Positions 26,939 to 36,184 are shown, counted from the first letter of the stretch. The stretch: DNA of 40,279 nt from Polyangiaceae bacterium (GCA_044225865.1 JBGAID010000021.1:1-40279); one strand, 5' to 3'. Notes: generated from the letters alone by a model not told the origin. Numbers and translations are program-made.

Positions 26939-27094
26939 GAGGCCTTTCCTGTGAGCACGGGTCGCCTCGAGAGAACGTGCGCAAGGACCGCACTTTGAGA
27001 CGTCGCGGAGGAGAAGCAGGGATCTGTCCGCGCTCCGGAGGCCGCCGTTGGGCGCCGCTTGTCACCAGCGGCCCGGTCGATGAATGATGCGACG

Positions 27095-28018
27095 ATGAGT
27101 CGAATCGTCACCCCGCTGAGCGCCCGGCTCGGCCTGCGCTATCCAATCGTGTGCGCCCCCATGTTCATCATCTCGAACAAGGAGATGGTCGTCGCGTGCG
27201 CGGAGGCCGGCATCCTCGGGACGATGCCCTCGCTCAACCTCCGCACGCGCGAGGCGTTTCGAGAGGCGCTCGAGTGGATCCGTGCCCGCACCGACAAGCC
27301 GTTCGGGATCAACCTCACCATCAAGCTCACCGACCCGGAGCGCCTCCTCCACGATCTCGAGACGTGCATCGAGCTGAAGGTCCCCGTCATCATCACGAGC
27401 TATGGCAACCCGAGCGAGATCGCGAAGCGCGCCCACGCGAGCGGCGCGATCGTGTTCCACGACGTCATTCATCTCAAGCACGCCCTCAAGGCCCAGGAGA
27501 GCGGCGCGGACGCGATCATCGGTGTCTCCGCGGGGGCGGGCGGCCACGCCGGGACGACGAGCCCCTACGTCCTCGTCCCGTATTTGAAAGAGAACCTCAA
27601 GGTGCCCGTCATCGCCGCCGGCTGCATCGCCACGGGGCGCCAGCTCGCCGCTTCCCTCGCCCTCGGGGCCGAGCTCGCGTACATGGGCACGCGCTTCATC
27701 GCGTCCACCGAGTGCGGCGCCGACGAGGCGTACAAACATCGCGTCGTGAACGGAAGCCCGGAGGACATCCTCTACACCGACGCCGTCAGCGGGGTGCACG
27801 CGAACTTCATCAAGGACACCGTCCCCGGCCACGAGCCCGTCGACCGCGACGGCGTCCAGAAGGAGGTTCAACGGGGCGAACGCAAATGGGTCGACATCTG
27901 GAGCGCGGGGCAAGGCGTCGCGCTGGCAAAAGACATCAAGCCCATCGGCGCGATCGTCGAGGACATCGTGCGGGAGTACGTCGACACCATGGGCCAGCTG
28001 CCCCGTCTCGAGACCTGA
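27095..28018 (+). CDS. Nitronate monooxygenase (2-nitropropane dioxygenase-like, FMN TIM barrel).
   Basis: YPIVCAPMFIISNKEMVVACAEAGILGT ... GVSAGAGGHAGT ... VIAAGCIATGRQLAASLALGA. Confidence 0.85.
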   Translation: MSRIVTPLSARLGLRYPIVCAPMFIISNKEMVVACAEAGILGTMPSLNLRTREAFREALEWIRARTDKPFGINLTIKLTDPERLLHDLETCIELKVPVIITSYGNPSEIAKRAHASGAIVFHDVIHLKHALKAQESGADAIIGVSAGAGGHAGTTSPYVLVPYLKENLKVPVIAAGCIATGRQLAASLALGAELAYMGTRFIASTECGADEAYKHRVVNGSPEDILYTDAVSGVHANFIKDTVPGHEPVDRDGVQKEVQRGERKWVDIWSAGQGVALAKDIKPIGAIVEDIVREYVDTMGQLPRLET

Positions 28019-28070
28019 GGGGCGTCATTGGCCGACTTGGGAAGGCCATCGATCGACCCGATCCACGGCC

Positions 28071-28087
28071 CCGCAACGTCCTTGCGG
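28071..28087. terminator. Short hairpin CCGCAA-cgtcc-TTGCGG in the convergent gap between the NMO and AraC genes.
   Basis: Read directly. 6-bp stem, no U-tract. Confidence 0.2.
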
Positions 28088-28176
28088 CGTGGCATTCACG
28101 TTCCGCCGACCATAACGTCACCGCCACGGTCCACAGACATCAGTCGGCTGACGAGAGAAGAGAGCCCAACCCGCGC

Positions 28177-29082
28177 TCAACCATTCGGTCGCGGCGGAGC
28201 CGCGCTACGACGAGAGCGCAGGCGGCCAGGGGTAACCCCGAGCCTGGCAGAGAGATGTCGAGCCAAGTGGGCACGGCCGTTCATCCCCACCCGCAGCGCG
28301 ACCTCGTCCACGTCGACGCCTTCGAAGAGGAGCCGGGCCGCCTCGTGCACCCGAGCCTCGATCAGATAGGCGTGGGGCGACAGTCCAGTGGCGTTCCGGA
28401 ATTGCCGCGAGAAATGAAAGCGGCTCGTCCCCGCGAGCGCCGACAGCTCCGCGAGCGAATGCGGTGCCTCGAGCGCGTCGTGAATGCGGTCGAGCACGCG
28501 CCGTAGCCGCGCCGGAGCCACCCCTCCCCGCGACTCGGCCGAGAGAGAGCGGGGGCCGTCGCCCCGGGAAGCGAGGCGCGCGCACATCGCCGCGACGAGC
28601 GACTCGAGGGCGAGGCCCTCTCCTTTGCGGTCCCCGAGCGCGCCGCGCATCAACGACACCGCGAGCGTCGAGAGCGCAGCGTCCCGGTGCCCGAAGCTCC
28701 CTGTCAGAGCGGGCGGTGCTCCGCGCGCGCGAGGCTCTCGAGCCTGCTCCACGAGCGCCGCCGAGAGGGCGATGTCGACGAATACGGTGGGCTGGTCCCA
28801 GCGCATCCGCGCCCGCTCCCCCGCGGCCGTGACAACCACGTCTCCCCACCGATGCAAACCATCGCGCTGCCCGCGATCGCGCATCTCCCAAAGTCGATGA
28901 GGGGCCCCGAGGTGCACCGCCACCCGATGGGCGGATGGGTCCTCCACGACCCCCGCCCCGGGCGGAAGCATAACGTAAGCGACCTGTGCCCCTTCGAGCG
29001 CGGCCACCACGCGCTTGCTCACAGCGACCTGCGGCGGCTGTCTCACCAGGACAGCATGGCACGCGCGGACGCCGATGCTCAT
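28177..29082 (-). CDS. AraC family transcriptional regulator.
   Basis: C-terminal LAELSALAGTSRFHFSRQFRNATGLSPHAYLIEARVHEAARLL. Confidence 0.85.
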   Translation of the reverse strand: MSIGVRACHAVLVRQPPQVAVSKRVVAALEGAQVAYVMLPPGAGVVEDPSAHRVAVHLGAPHRLWEMRDRGQRDGLHRWGDVVVTAAGERARMRWDQPTVFVDIALSAALVEQAREPRARGAPPALTGSFGHRDAALSTLAVSLMRGALGDRKGEGLALESLVAAMCARLASRGDGPRSLSAESRGGVAPARLRRVLDRIHDALEAPHSLAELSALAGTSRFHFSRQFRNATGLSPHAYLIEARVHEAARLLFEGVDVDEVALRVGMNGRAHLARHLSARLGVTPGRLRSRRSAAPPRPNG

Positions 29083-29459
29083 CGCTGAATGGGGGGCGAA
29101 GGACGTCGCTGCGCGGGATCGTAGAAATACTGCTCGCTGACGATGCGATCGCCTCGCCAGATTTGGAGAGCGACCTCGTCCAGTCGGACCTCCGTCCCGT
29201 CGGCGAGGCCCAGCTCGAACAGCCAGTGGATCGCCACCACGTCCCCGTCGACCGCGACGTGGAGGGCGCGGGCCGCGAGCACCCTCGACCTCGCGAGGAC
29301 CTGTCGCTCGTTGGCGAGCTGGGCCGGCCGCCCGACGCGGGGCGGCTCCTGATTCTCCTGAGCGGTCATGTCCTCTGCGTAGAACGCGGGGATGCTCTCG
29401 AGGAGCTCCCCGCGCTCGACCATCGCTATGAACGACCGGACACGTTCTTTCGTGGGCAT
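29079..29459 (-). CDS. NTF2-like/SnoaL-like small protein. Its stop overlaps the AraC start (ATGA).
   Basis: About 126 aa, MPTKERVRSFIAMVERGELLESIPAFYAEDMTAQEN pattern. Confidence 0.45.
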   Translation of the reverse strand: MPTKERVRSFIAMVERGELLESIPAFYAEDMTAQENQEPPRVGRPAQLANERQVLARSRVLAARALHVAVDGDVVAIHWLFELGLADGTEVRLDEVALQIWRGDRIVSEQYFYDPAQRRPSPPIQR

Positions 29460-29523
29460 GGCTTGGAGGGTAGGGCGGCGCCGAGTGAGGCGGTGATCAC
29501 GTTCTTGCTCCAATTGCGACCGC

Positions 29524-30477
29524 TCATGCCGGCTCGCTCGCGGGCGTCTCTTGGCGAGTCTTGATGAGCGAGACGATGACAGAGGCGGCGAGCACGCTCG
29601 CGATGATGGTGAGAGAAGCCCAGATGGGCACCTTGTAGATGTCCATCAGGAGCATCTTGGCGCCGACGAACATGAGCACGAACGACAGGCCAATCTTCAG
29701 ATAGGCGAAGCGCTCGATCACGGCCGCGAGGAGGAAGTACATCGAGCGGAGCCCGAAGATCGCGAAGACGTTCGAGGACAGCACGATGAACGGGTCTGTC
29801 GTCACCGCGAAGATGGCCGGGATCGAGTCGACCGCGAACACGAGGTCGAAGACCTCGATGACGACGAGGGCGGCGAGGAGCGGAGTCGCGTATCGCTTGC
29901 CCTTCTCGACGACGGTGAACCGCTCCCCGTGGAGCTCACGCTTGATGGGGAACAAGCGCGCAAAGATCTTCACCACCGGGTTGTTCTGGAGATCGGGCGG
30001 GGAGTCCTTCTTCACGAGCATCTTGATGCCGGTGAGCACGAGGACGCCCCCGAAGAGATAGAGGATCGCGTGGAACCGCGAGATGAGCGCGCTCCCCGCG
30101 AAGACGAATATCGCCCTCATGACGAGGGCGCCGAGGACGCCCCAAAAGAGGACCCGGTGTTGGTAGAGCGGCGGGATCGCGAATGCCGCGAACACCATGA
30201 CGAACACGAAGATGTTGTCGACGGCGAGGGCCTTCTCGATCACGTATCCGGTCGTGAACTCCAGCGCGCGCTCCTTGCCATAGAAGGCATAAACGCCGAC
30301 GCCGAAGAGCCCCGCGAGGGCCACCCACGCCGCGCTCCAGCCGGCGGCCTCGCGGAGAGAGACGACGTGCGTCTTGCGATGAAAGAGGCCGAGGTCCAAC
30401 GCCAACATGACGAGCACGAAGGCGAAAAACCCGCCCCAGAGCAACGGCGAACCTATCGATTCCATTCGTTCATCCAC
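29524..30477 (-). CDS. TerC family integral membrane protein.
   Basis: EKALAVDNIFVFVMVF and DSIPAIFAVTTDPFIVLSSNVFAI motifs. Confidence 0.85.
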   Translation of the reverse strand: MDERMESIGSPLLWGGFFAFVLVMLALDLGLFHRKTHVVSLREAAGWSAAWVALAGLFGVGVYAFYGKERALEFTTGYVIEKALAVDNIFVFVMVFAAFAIPPLYQHRVLFWGVLGALVMRAIFVFAGSALISRFHAILYLFGGVLVLTGIKMLVKKDSPPDLQNNPVVKIFARLFPIKRELHGERFTVVEKGKRYATPLLAALVVIEVFDLVFAVDSIPAIFAVTTDPFIVLSSNVFAIFGLRSMYFLLAAVIERFAYLKIGLSFVLMFVGAKMLLMDIYKVPIWASLTIIASVLAASVIVSLIKTRQETPASEPA

Positions 30478-30478
30478 C

Positions 30479-30814
30479 TCACGAGGCGCCTTCCAGCTCT
30501 CCGACCCGGCCCTCGCTCAACCGGGCGAGCTCTCGTCCCACGATCCGCGCGACCTTCGAGCACGCGGCGTCGACGGCCGCGTAAGCATCCTCGTGCTCGA
30601 CGGCCAAGGAGACGCTGCCGATGGCGGGGCCCCGCACCACCACGTGACAGCGCTTGTCGACGCCGCCCTTCGGACCGTTCTCGTCCGAGACCCGGACCAC
30701 GACGGCGGCGACCGACTCGCCGAACCGCGCGAGGTGGAACCGGGCCTGGCCGAAGGCGTGGTCCCGCAGCGCCCCCGACGGCGTGACCCCTCGAAATCGA
30801 ACTTCAACCTGCAT
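30479..30814 (-). CDS. Ribosome hibernation promoting factor / RaiA (S30AE) family protein. Start at MQVEV after a GGAGGAGAG ribosome-binding site.
   Basis: MQVEVRFRGVTPSGALRDHAFGQ ... HVVVRGPAIGSVSLAVEHEDAYAAVDAACSKVARIVGRELARL parallels HPF/YfiA. Confidence 0.6.
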   Translation of the reverse strand: MQVEVRFRGVTPSGALRDHAFGQARFHLARFGESVAAVVVRVSDENGPKGGVDKRCHVVVRGPAIGSVSLAVEHEDAYAAVDAACSKVARIVGRELARLSEGRVGELEGAS

Positions 30815-30825
30815 CGTGCTCTCCT

Positions 30826-30861
30826 CCTGCGCCTTCGCGCCCATAGGTTCTAAGGCGCAGG
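30826..30861 (-). promoter_or_regulatory. Strong hairpin (10-bp stem CCTGCGCCTT/AAGGCGCAGG, 16-nt loop) in the HPF 5' UTR, abutting the Shine-Dalgarno sequence.
   Basis: Read directly. Confidence 0.45.
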
Positions 30862-30883
30862 GCACATGTCGACCATGACGAAA

Positions 30884-30920
30884 GCTCTACATATCGTGTC
30901 GTTGAGCTCTACATGTCGTG
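30884..30920. promoter_or_regulatory. Two 15-bp direct repeats GCTCTACAT(A/G)TCGTG spaced 22 bp apart in the HPF/LysR divergent region.
   Basis: Read directly. One mismatch between copies. Confidence 0.45.
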
Positions 30921-30935
30921 GTAGGCTTCCACGCC

Positions 30936-31916
30936 ATGGCCGAGCAGAGGACGCCGCGGGAGTCCGCCTGGCTCCACACCCTGAACTACCAGCACCTGCT
31001 CTACTTCTGGACGGTCGCGCGGGAGGGCGGGTTGGTGCCCGCGGCGAAGGCGCTGCGCCTCACCCACCCCACGTTGAGCGCGCAGATCCACGCCCTCGAG
31101 GATCGATTGGGGGAGAAGCTCTTCGACAAAGTCGGTCGACGCCTCGTGCTCAACGAGATGGGCCGCGTCGTCTTCCGCTACGCGGACGAGATCTTCGCGC
31201 TCGGGAGGGAGATGGTCGACGCGGTGGCGCATCGCTCCGTGGGCACCCCCCCGCGCCTCGTCGTCGGGATCGTCGACGCCCTGCCGAAGCTCGTCGTGCG
31301 GCGCCTCCTGGAGCCTGCCCTCGCCATGTCCGAGGCGGTTCGCGTCGTGTGCGTCGAGGACCATTTCGACAGGCTCCTGGCCGATCTTTCGCTCCACACC
31401 ATCGACGTCGTGCTCTCGGACACGCCGGTCCCCGCCGGCAGCAGCGTGCGAGCTTTCCACCACTTCTTGGGTGAGACGGAGATGGCCCTCTTCGCGACAC
31501 CCGCGCTCGCCGACCGCATCAAGCGCGGCCTCCCCGAGTCGTTGCACGGCGCCCCCGTCCTCTTGCCGCTCGAGGACAATCCGCTGCGGCGCGCCCTCAA
31601 TCACTGGTTCGAGACCCGCGGCGCGCGCCCCCGCGTCGTCGGCGAGTTCGCGGACAGCGCCCTCCTCAAGGTCTTTGGTGGGGACGGGCTTGGGATCTTC
31701 GCCGCCCCCACCGTCGTCGCGCGCGAGATCACGAAGCAGCACGGGGTCCGGCTCCTCACGCGACTGAAGGGGGTTCGGGAGCGCTTCTACGCCGTCTCCG
31801 TCGAGCGCCGCCTCACCCACCCCGCCGTGCTCGCCATTCAAAAGGCAGCGCGCCAATCGATCTTCGAGGCGCGCCCAGCGAGGGGGCGCGCCGCCGCAAA
31901 AGACGTGTCGCGGTGA
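30936..31916 (+). CDS. LysR family transcriptional regulator (NhaR-like).
   Basis: LNYQHLLYFWTVAREGGLVPAAKALRLTHPTLSAQIHALEDRLGEKLF. Confidence 0.85.
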   Translation: MAEQRTPRESAWLHTLNYQHLLYFWTVAREGGLVPAAKALRLTHPTLSAQIHALEDRLGEKLFDKVGRRLVLNEMGRVVFRYADEIFALGREMVDAVAHRSVGTPPRLVVGIVDALPKLVVRRLLEPALAMSEAVRVVCVEDHFDRLLADLSLHTIDVVLSDTPVPAGSSVRAFHHFLGETEMALFATPALADRIKRGLPESLHGAPVLLPLEDNPLRRALNHWFETRGARPRVVGEFADSALLKVFGGDGLGIFAAPTVVAREITKQHGVRLLTRLKGVRERFYAVSVERRLTHPAVLAIQKAARQSIFEARPARGRAAAKDVSR

Positions 31917-31933
31917 CCGTTCTCGGATCGTCG

Positions 31934-32545
31934 ATGCGTCCCTCCTCGATCGTCCTCGGGCTCGTCGCGTTGGTCATGGGGTGCGGCGCCGCGCCCGCGT
32001 TGGCCCCGGCCCCCGCGACGCCGAAGACCTCGGCGGCGGCGCCTCCCGCCGCGCTCTCGATGCCATCGACCCAGGCGATCGTCGTGCGCTCCGAAGGGGA
32101 GCTCGCGTCGACTGGCTTCACCGTCGACCCACCCGTGAGCTTCGACGCGGTGTCTCTCATCCTGATCGTGGGGACGACCACCAAGGCCCTCCCGGTCGAC
32201 GCCACGGGAGGCTCCGTCGTGCTCGATCGGCAGACCGGCGCTCTCGTCTCGGGGGATCCGCGGACGCTCGCTCGCCCACAAACCCTCACCGTGGATGTCG
32301 GCGCCGAAGCAATCACCGTCGTCCAGCACACGACGTTCACCCGCGATTGTCCCCCATCTCCCTTCGACCCGCTCCGCGGCTTTCCCCTCAACAAGCCGTT
32401 CTCGCTGCCCCCTACCCTCGCCATTGCCGTGCGCCGCGAAGCGGCGAGCCTCCCGCTCCGATGGCTCGTGGCGATGCGGACAGTCGATCCGATATGCCCG
32501 TTGTTCATCCGGCCACTCGCGGCGGTAGGCGATCCCGTTCCTTGA
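31934..32545 (+). CDS. Hypothetical lipoprotein.
   Basis: MRPSSIVLGLVALVMGC lipobox followed by an A/P-rich linker. Confidence 0.5.
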   Translation: MRPSSIVLGLVALVMGCGAAPALAPAPATPKTSAAAPPAALSMPSTQAIVVRSEGELASTGFTVDPPVSFDAVSLILIVGTTTKALPVDATGGSVVLDRQTGALVSGDPRTLARPQTLTVDVGAEAITVVQHTTFTRDCPPSPFDPLRGFPLNKPFSLPPTLAIAVRREAASLPLRWLVAMRTVDPICPLFIRPLAAVGDPVP

Positions 32546-32561
32546 TCGTAAGATCCAGGCC

Positions 32562-33425
32562 GTGCTGGGCCTTCGCGCATCGGGAACAGTCGGGGCAGCG
32601 CTCGCCATCCTCTTTTTCCTCGGCTGCGCCGAGGGCAGCGAGGTTCCCGGCGACGGGAGCGGAGCAAGCTCTTCGGGCGCGGGCAGCAACGTCGGCGGAG
32701 GGTCCTCGAGCGGTGGGGGCGACGGGACCGGCGGCGGAGAGACGTCGTGCGGCGACACCTGCGACGAGGACGGGGATGGGGTCTTCGATCCCGACGACGC
32801 CTGCGGAGGCACGCCTTCCGGTGAGCCGGTCAACGCCGACGGCTGCTCCGACTCGCAGGTGGAGCCTGCGCTGCGAGACGAGTTTCCGCCCTACGGATTG
32901 ACCTGGACCCCCGAGGGCGATCCCGGCCGGCCCGGGGGGCTGACCTGGAGCTATACCGGGATCGACAAGGCAGATTTGTTTCATATCTATTGGGTCATCT
33001 GTGACGATCCCGCGACCCCGTGCGGGGTCTCGCTCGACGGCCCGATCGACGTCGCGTCCGAGCATTGGCAGTTCAGCGCCGCCGACTCCGACTTGCCGGC
33101 GGGGCGGGTGGCCTTCTTGAACACCACGAACATCGCGCTCGCCGACGGCAGCGCGCCTCCGGTGACCGGGCGGCTCACCGTGACGATCGTCGACGACGCG
33201 GGGGCGGCCATTCCGTTCGCGGATTTGGCGACGCTCGGCGTCTCGGGGCGCGATGGTCAATATGGCGCCGAGATCCCGGGGGGCGGCTTCACCGTCACGG
33301 TCCAGATCGAGGTTCAGGACGACGCCGTGTGGACGCCCTACCTCGACTATTTCGACGCCGCCTCCACCCCCGACCCGGGGCCGGGGTCGGCGCTCTCGTT
33401 TGGCGGCTCCTTCTACGACGAGTGA
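32562..33425 (+). CDS. Lipoprotein with thrombospondin-type-3-like Ca-binding repeats.
   Basis: Lipobox FFLGC, a G/S tether, and CDEDGDGVFDPDDACGGTPSGEPVNADGC (a TSP3-type DxDxDGxxDxxDxC repeat). Confidence 0.55.
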   Translation: MLGLRASGTVGAALAILFFLGCAEGSEVPGDGSGASSSGAGSNVGGGSSSGGGDGTGGGETSCGDTCDEDGDGVFDPDDACGGTPSGEPVNADGCSDSQVEPALRDEFPPYGLTWTPEGDPGRPGGLTWSYTGIDKADLFHIYWVICDDPATPCGVSLDGPIDVASEHWQFSAADSDLPAGRVAFLNTTNIALADGSAPPVTGRLTVTIVDDAGAAIPFADLATLGVSGRDGQYGAEIPGGGFTVTVQIEVQDDAVWTPYLDYFDAASTPDPGPGSALSFGGSFYDE

Positions 33426-33463
33426 CGCGGAGCCCCCGCCCCCAGCGTGATAGCTTCACGTCC

Positions 33464-34261
33464 ATGCGCGCGGCCGATTCGGTCTCGGACTTCCTCCGCG
33501 ATCCCATCGGGAAGTGGGTTCTCGCCGCCCCGACCGTGCTCGTGTTCTGTGCTCACCCCGAGCTCTGCGGCGCGGTCGTGTGGGGACGGCCGCCGGTGGA
33601 GTCCGCCCACGCGATGCTGGAAGCATTTCACTACCGGCACCCCAAGATGAGCGAGCGGTTCGACGTCGTCCTCGACGGCAGCGGGATCGACGTCCTCGAC
33701 CCGGACACGCTGGCGTGCGTGGTGGGATGGCTGCGAGAGCGCCGCGAGGAGCTCGCGCGGCGGGTGCGGATGCAAGTGGGCGTCGTCTCCGATTCGTTCG
33801 TGAGCATCACGTTGACCGGCATCCTGCCCATTCTGGGCGAGACGCACCCCTTCCGGCTGTCGCGCGACCGCACCGAGGCGCTGATGTCTCTCGGAGAGGA
33901 CAATGGGCCCGTGGCGGCCACGCTCGACGAGGCGGTGGTCGCGGCGCGCGGCGAGTCGTATGACCTGCGGCGCCTCCGCGAGCTGCTGCGCGCCGATCCC
34001 GCGCGCGCGACGATCGACGGCTCGGCGCGCTCCTTGGCGCTCTCCCCGCGGACGCTGCAGAGAATCCTGGAGAACGCCGGCACTTCCTACCGGGAGGAGC
34101 TCCGGGCGGCGCGGCTCGCGGTGGCGCTGCCCATGCTCATCCACGGCGACGCGAAGATCGCCGTCATCGCCGGGCGTGTCGGGCTCTCCGAGCGCGCGCT
34201 CACGGAGCTCGTGAGACGCGACAAGGGCACGACGCCGGGCGCGCTGCGCGAGAAGAAGTGA
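33464..34261 (+). CDS. AraC family transcriptional regulator.
   Basis: C-terminal LALSPRTLQRILENAGTSYREELRAARLAVALPML. Confidence 0.8.
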   Translation: MRAADSVSDFLRDPIGKWVLAAPTVLVFCAHPELCGAVVWGRPPVESAHAMLEAFHYRHPKMSERFDVVLDGSGIDVLDPDTLACVVGWLRERREELARRVRMQVGVVSDSFVSITLTGILPILGETHPFRLSRDRTEALMSLGEDNGPVAATLDEAVVAARGESYDLRRLRELLRADPARATIDGSARSLALSPRTLQRILENAGTSYREELRAARLAVALPMLIHGDAKIAVIAGRVGLSERALTELVRRDKGTTPGALREKK

Positions 34262-34278
34262 AAAGTACGCGCGGGGCG

Positions 34279-34821
34279 TCAAATGGCGTCGTCGGTGACG
34301 CAATATCCATGCGGCCACGCCGTGTGGGAAGCGCAGATGCCCGACGAACAGTCGGAGTCCTTTTCGCATGCGTGCACGTAGCAACCTGCAGCGGTGCACG
34401 GGAAGGAGCCGCAGCGCGCCTCGTCGCGCCCGACGCCCTCGCTCTCGGGGGTGCACCGGCAGCCGGACCAAACCTGCCAATCGACCGCCTCTCCGGTCGG
34501 GGGCGCGAATGGCCGGCACGCGCGCGCTCCGTCCTCTTCTGCTCGAACGCAATAGCCCTCTGAGCAGAAGCCGAGGCTGCAGTGAGTGCGATCGTCGCAC
34601 ACCGCGACGACGCACTTCCCCCCGCTGCACGGGAAGGGCCCGCACGCGGTGGATTGCTCCGCACACGTCTTCTCCCTCGCCGCCTCGGCGGCCGCCGGGA
34701 GATCGCCCGCGGATACGACCTTCACCGCGCGTCCGTGGACGACGACGACCGTCGAGGAGCAATGGAGGCCCAGGCACGCGGCGAGCACCTCGACGCGCGC
34801 CCAGATCAGCCGATGCTTCAT
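34279..34821 (-). CDS. Secreted cysteine-rich protein (about 22 Cys in the ~150-aa mature chain).
   Basis: Signal peptide MKHRLIWARVEVLAACLGLHC, then Cys-rich modules (DSDCSSGICASHTAWPHGYC). Confidence 0.55.
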   Translation of the reverse strand: MKHRLIWARVEVLAACLGLHCSSTVVVVHGRAVKVVSAGDLPAAAEAAREKTCAEQSTACGPFPCSGGKCVVAVCDDRTHCSLGFCSEGYCVRAEEDGARACRPFAPPTGEAVDWQVWSGCRCTPESEGVGRDEARCGSFPCTAAGCYVHACEKDSDCSSGICASHTAWPHGYCVTDDAI

Positions 34822-34922
34822 CGCGCGATGATACCAGTACCGGTGATGAGAACCCCTCCCGCGACGGAGCTCGAAGAGCGTAGTCGCCGGGGAGGGGTCG
34901 GCGAGCGCGACGCGCGCCGGGA

Positions 34923-36089
34923 TCAGCCGATAGCGGGGAGACTGACGCGGAACACGGTGCCGCCGCCCGGGGGACAATCGACGGTCGTGTCACCCCCATG
35001 AGCCCGCGCCGCGAGCTGTACGAAGGTGAGCCCGAGGCCCTGATTGCGCGCGCGGGCGTGGGCGCCCTCTTGCCCGACGGGGGCGAACCGCTCGAAGATC
35101 TTCCCGCGCGACGCGGCGGGAATACCGGGCCCGTCGTCGGAGACTGCGATCACGGCGCGGCCTTCATCGGCGTGGGTGGAGATCCTCACCCGCTTTGCGA
35201 ACCTCGATGCGTTGTCGACGAGATTGCGGATGATTCTCAGTACGATGTCCGGATCGACGTTGGCGATCACCGGCTCGCCCCCCTCCTCGACCTCGATGGT
35301 GCAGAAGGCGGTGAGGGCGGGAGCCCGCGACAGCCCCGCGGCCTCCCTCGCGAGCGCGGACAGGTCGACCTCGCGCTTCGACAGCGGGAGGGTGTTCGTC
35401 TCGAGGCGCGCCGTGTCCAGGAGGTTGATCAGCACCGACTCGATTCGGCGACACCCTTCTCGAGCGTCCGCGATCGCCTCGAGGGCAAGGACGTCGTCTC
35501 GCGCCCGCATTTCTACCAGGGAGAGGCTGAGGGCAATGGCGGTGAGCGGGTTCTTCACATCGTGGACGAACATCTGGGTGAGGGTCTCTCGAACCCGATC
35601 GACGGAGCGCTCGAAGGCGACGTCTCGAATCACCAAGAGACCATAGTGCTGTCCGTTCGCCTCGAACGAGGTGAGGAGGACACGGACCTCACGGGGAATG
35701 GCGAGGAGCGGAAATGGAAATGAGAAGTCTGCTTCGACGGCGAAAGGCTCGCGGCCGATCTTCTCCCGGAACACACCCGCCATCGCGGGGATGTTCATGC
35801 AGACGCCGAGCTCGCCAAAGAAGTCGCGCCCGAGGACCTCTTCCCGGCGCCGACCCGCGAGGCGCTCCTCCACCGCGTTGTAGACGACGGCCCTCCCCTC
35901 CACGTCGAGGACGATGACGCCGACGGGAAGCATATCCGCGAGGTTGGAAAGAAGTTGAAGCAAGGCTGGCTGCCCCCCCGGCCGACAAGGGAACCCCAAA
36001 CGAACGTCCAGCGCAAACCAGATCGCTTCCCATGCTCGATTTTCGACGACCACACCGTCCGCCTTCGAGGAGGCGCCGTTCACCGGCAT
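34923..36089 (-). CDS. Sensor histidine kinase with an N-terminal PYP (photoactive yellow protein)-type PAS domain.
   Basis: The N-terminal domain aligns to H. halophila PYP: VYNAVEERLAGRRREEVLGRDFFGELGVCMNIP versus [33 protein letters not shown] (Y42, E46, R52, F62, C69 conserved). Followed by an H-box MFVHDVKNPL and an HATPase with N, G1 (DDGPGIP) and G2 boxes. Confidence 0.75.
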   Translation of the reverse strand: MPVNGASSKADGVVVENRAWEAIWFALDVRLGFPCRPGGQPALLQLLSNLADMLPVGVIVLDVEGRAVVYNAVEERLAGRRREEVLGRDFFGELGVCMNIPAMAGVFREKIGREPFAVEADFSFPFPLLAIPREVRVLLTSFEANGQHYGLLVIRDVAFERSVDRVRETLTQMFVHDVKNPLTAIALSLSLVEMRARDDVLALEAIADAREGCRRIESVLINLLDTARLETNTLPLSKREVDLSALAREAAGLSRAPALTAFCTIEVEEGGEPVIANVDPDIVLRIIRNLVDNASRFAKRVRISTHADEGRAVIAVSDDGPGIPAASRGKIFERFAPVGQEGAHARARNQGLGLTFVQLAARAHGGDTTVDCPPGGGTVFRVSLPAIG

Positions 36090-36184
36090 GGCAATCTCAC
36101 TCCGCCGCTGCACGCGCTCGAGCGTGGCCACTGGACATGCTCACGTCCGGCCGCTCAGGCGTTCTTCTGCCGAGCGAGGCGCGG

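Noticed and set aside
26082-27065. Upstream 328 aa of the 441-aa ORF 25740-27065
   Set aside because: An Arg/Pro/Gly-rich off-frame read-through of the lipoprotein gene on the same strand. Only the last 113 aa form a plausible protein.
33413-34999. 528-aa minus-strand ORF across the AraC and Cys-rich protein genes
   Set aside because: It overlaps the AraC gene (clear C-terminal HTH) antisense and runs through the Cys-rich gene out of frame. Composition is Arg-rich and low-complexity.
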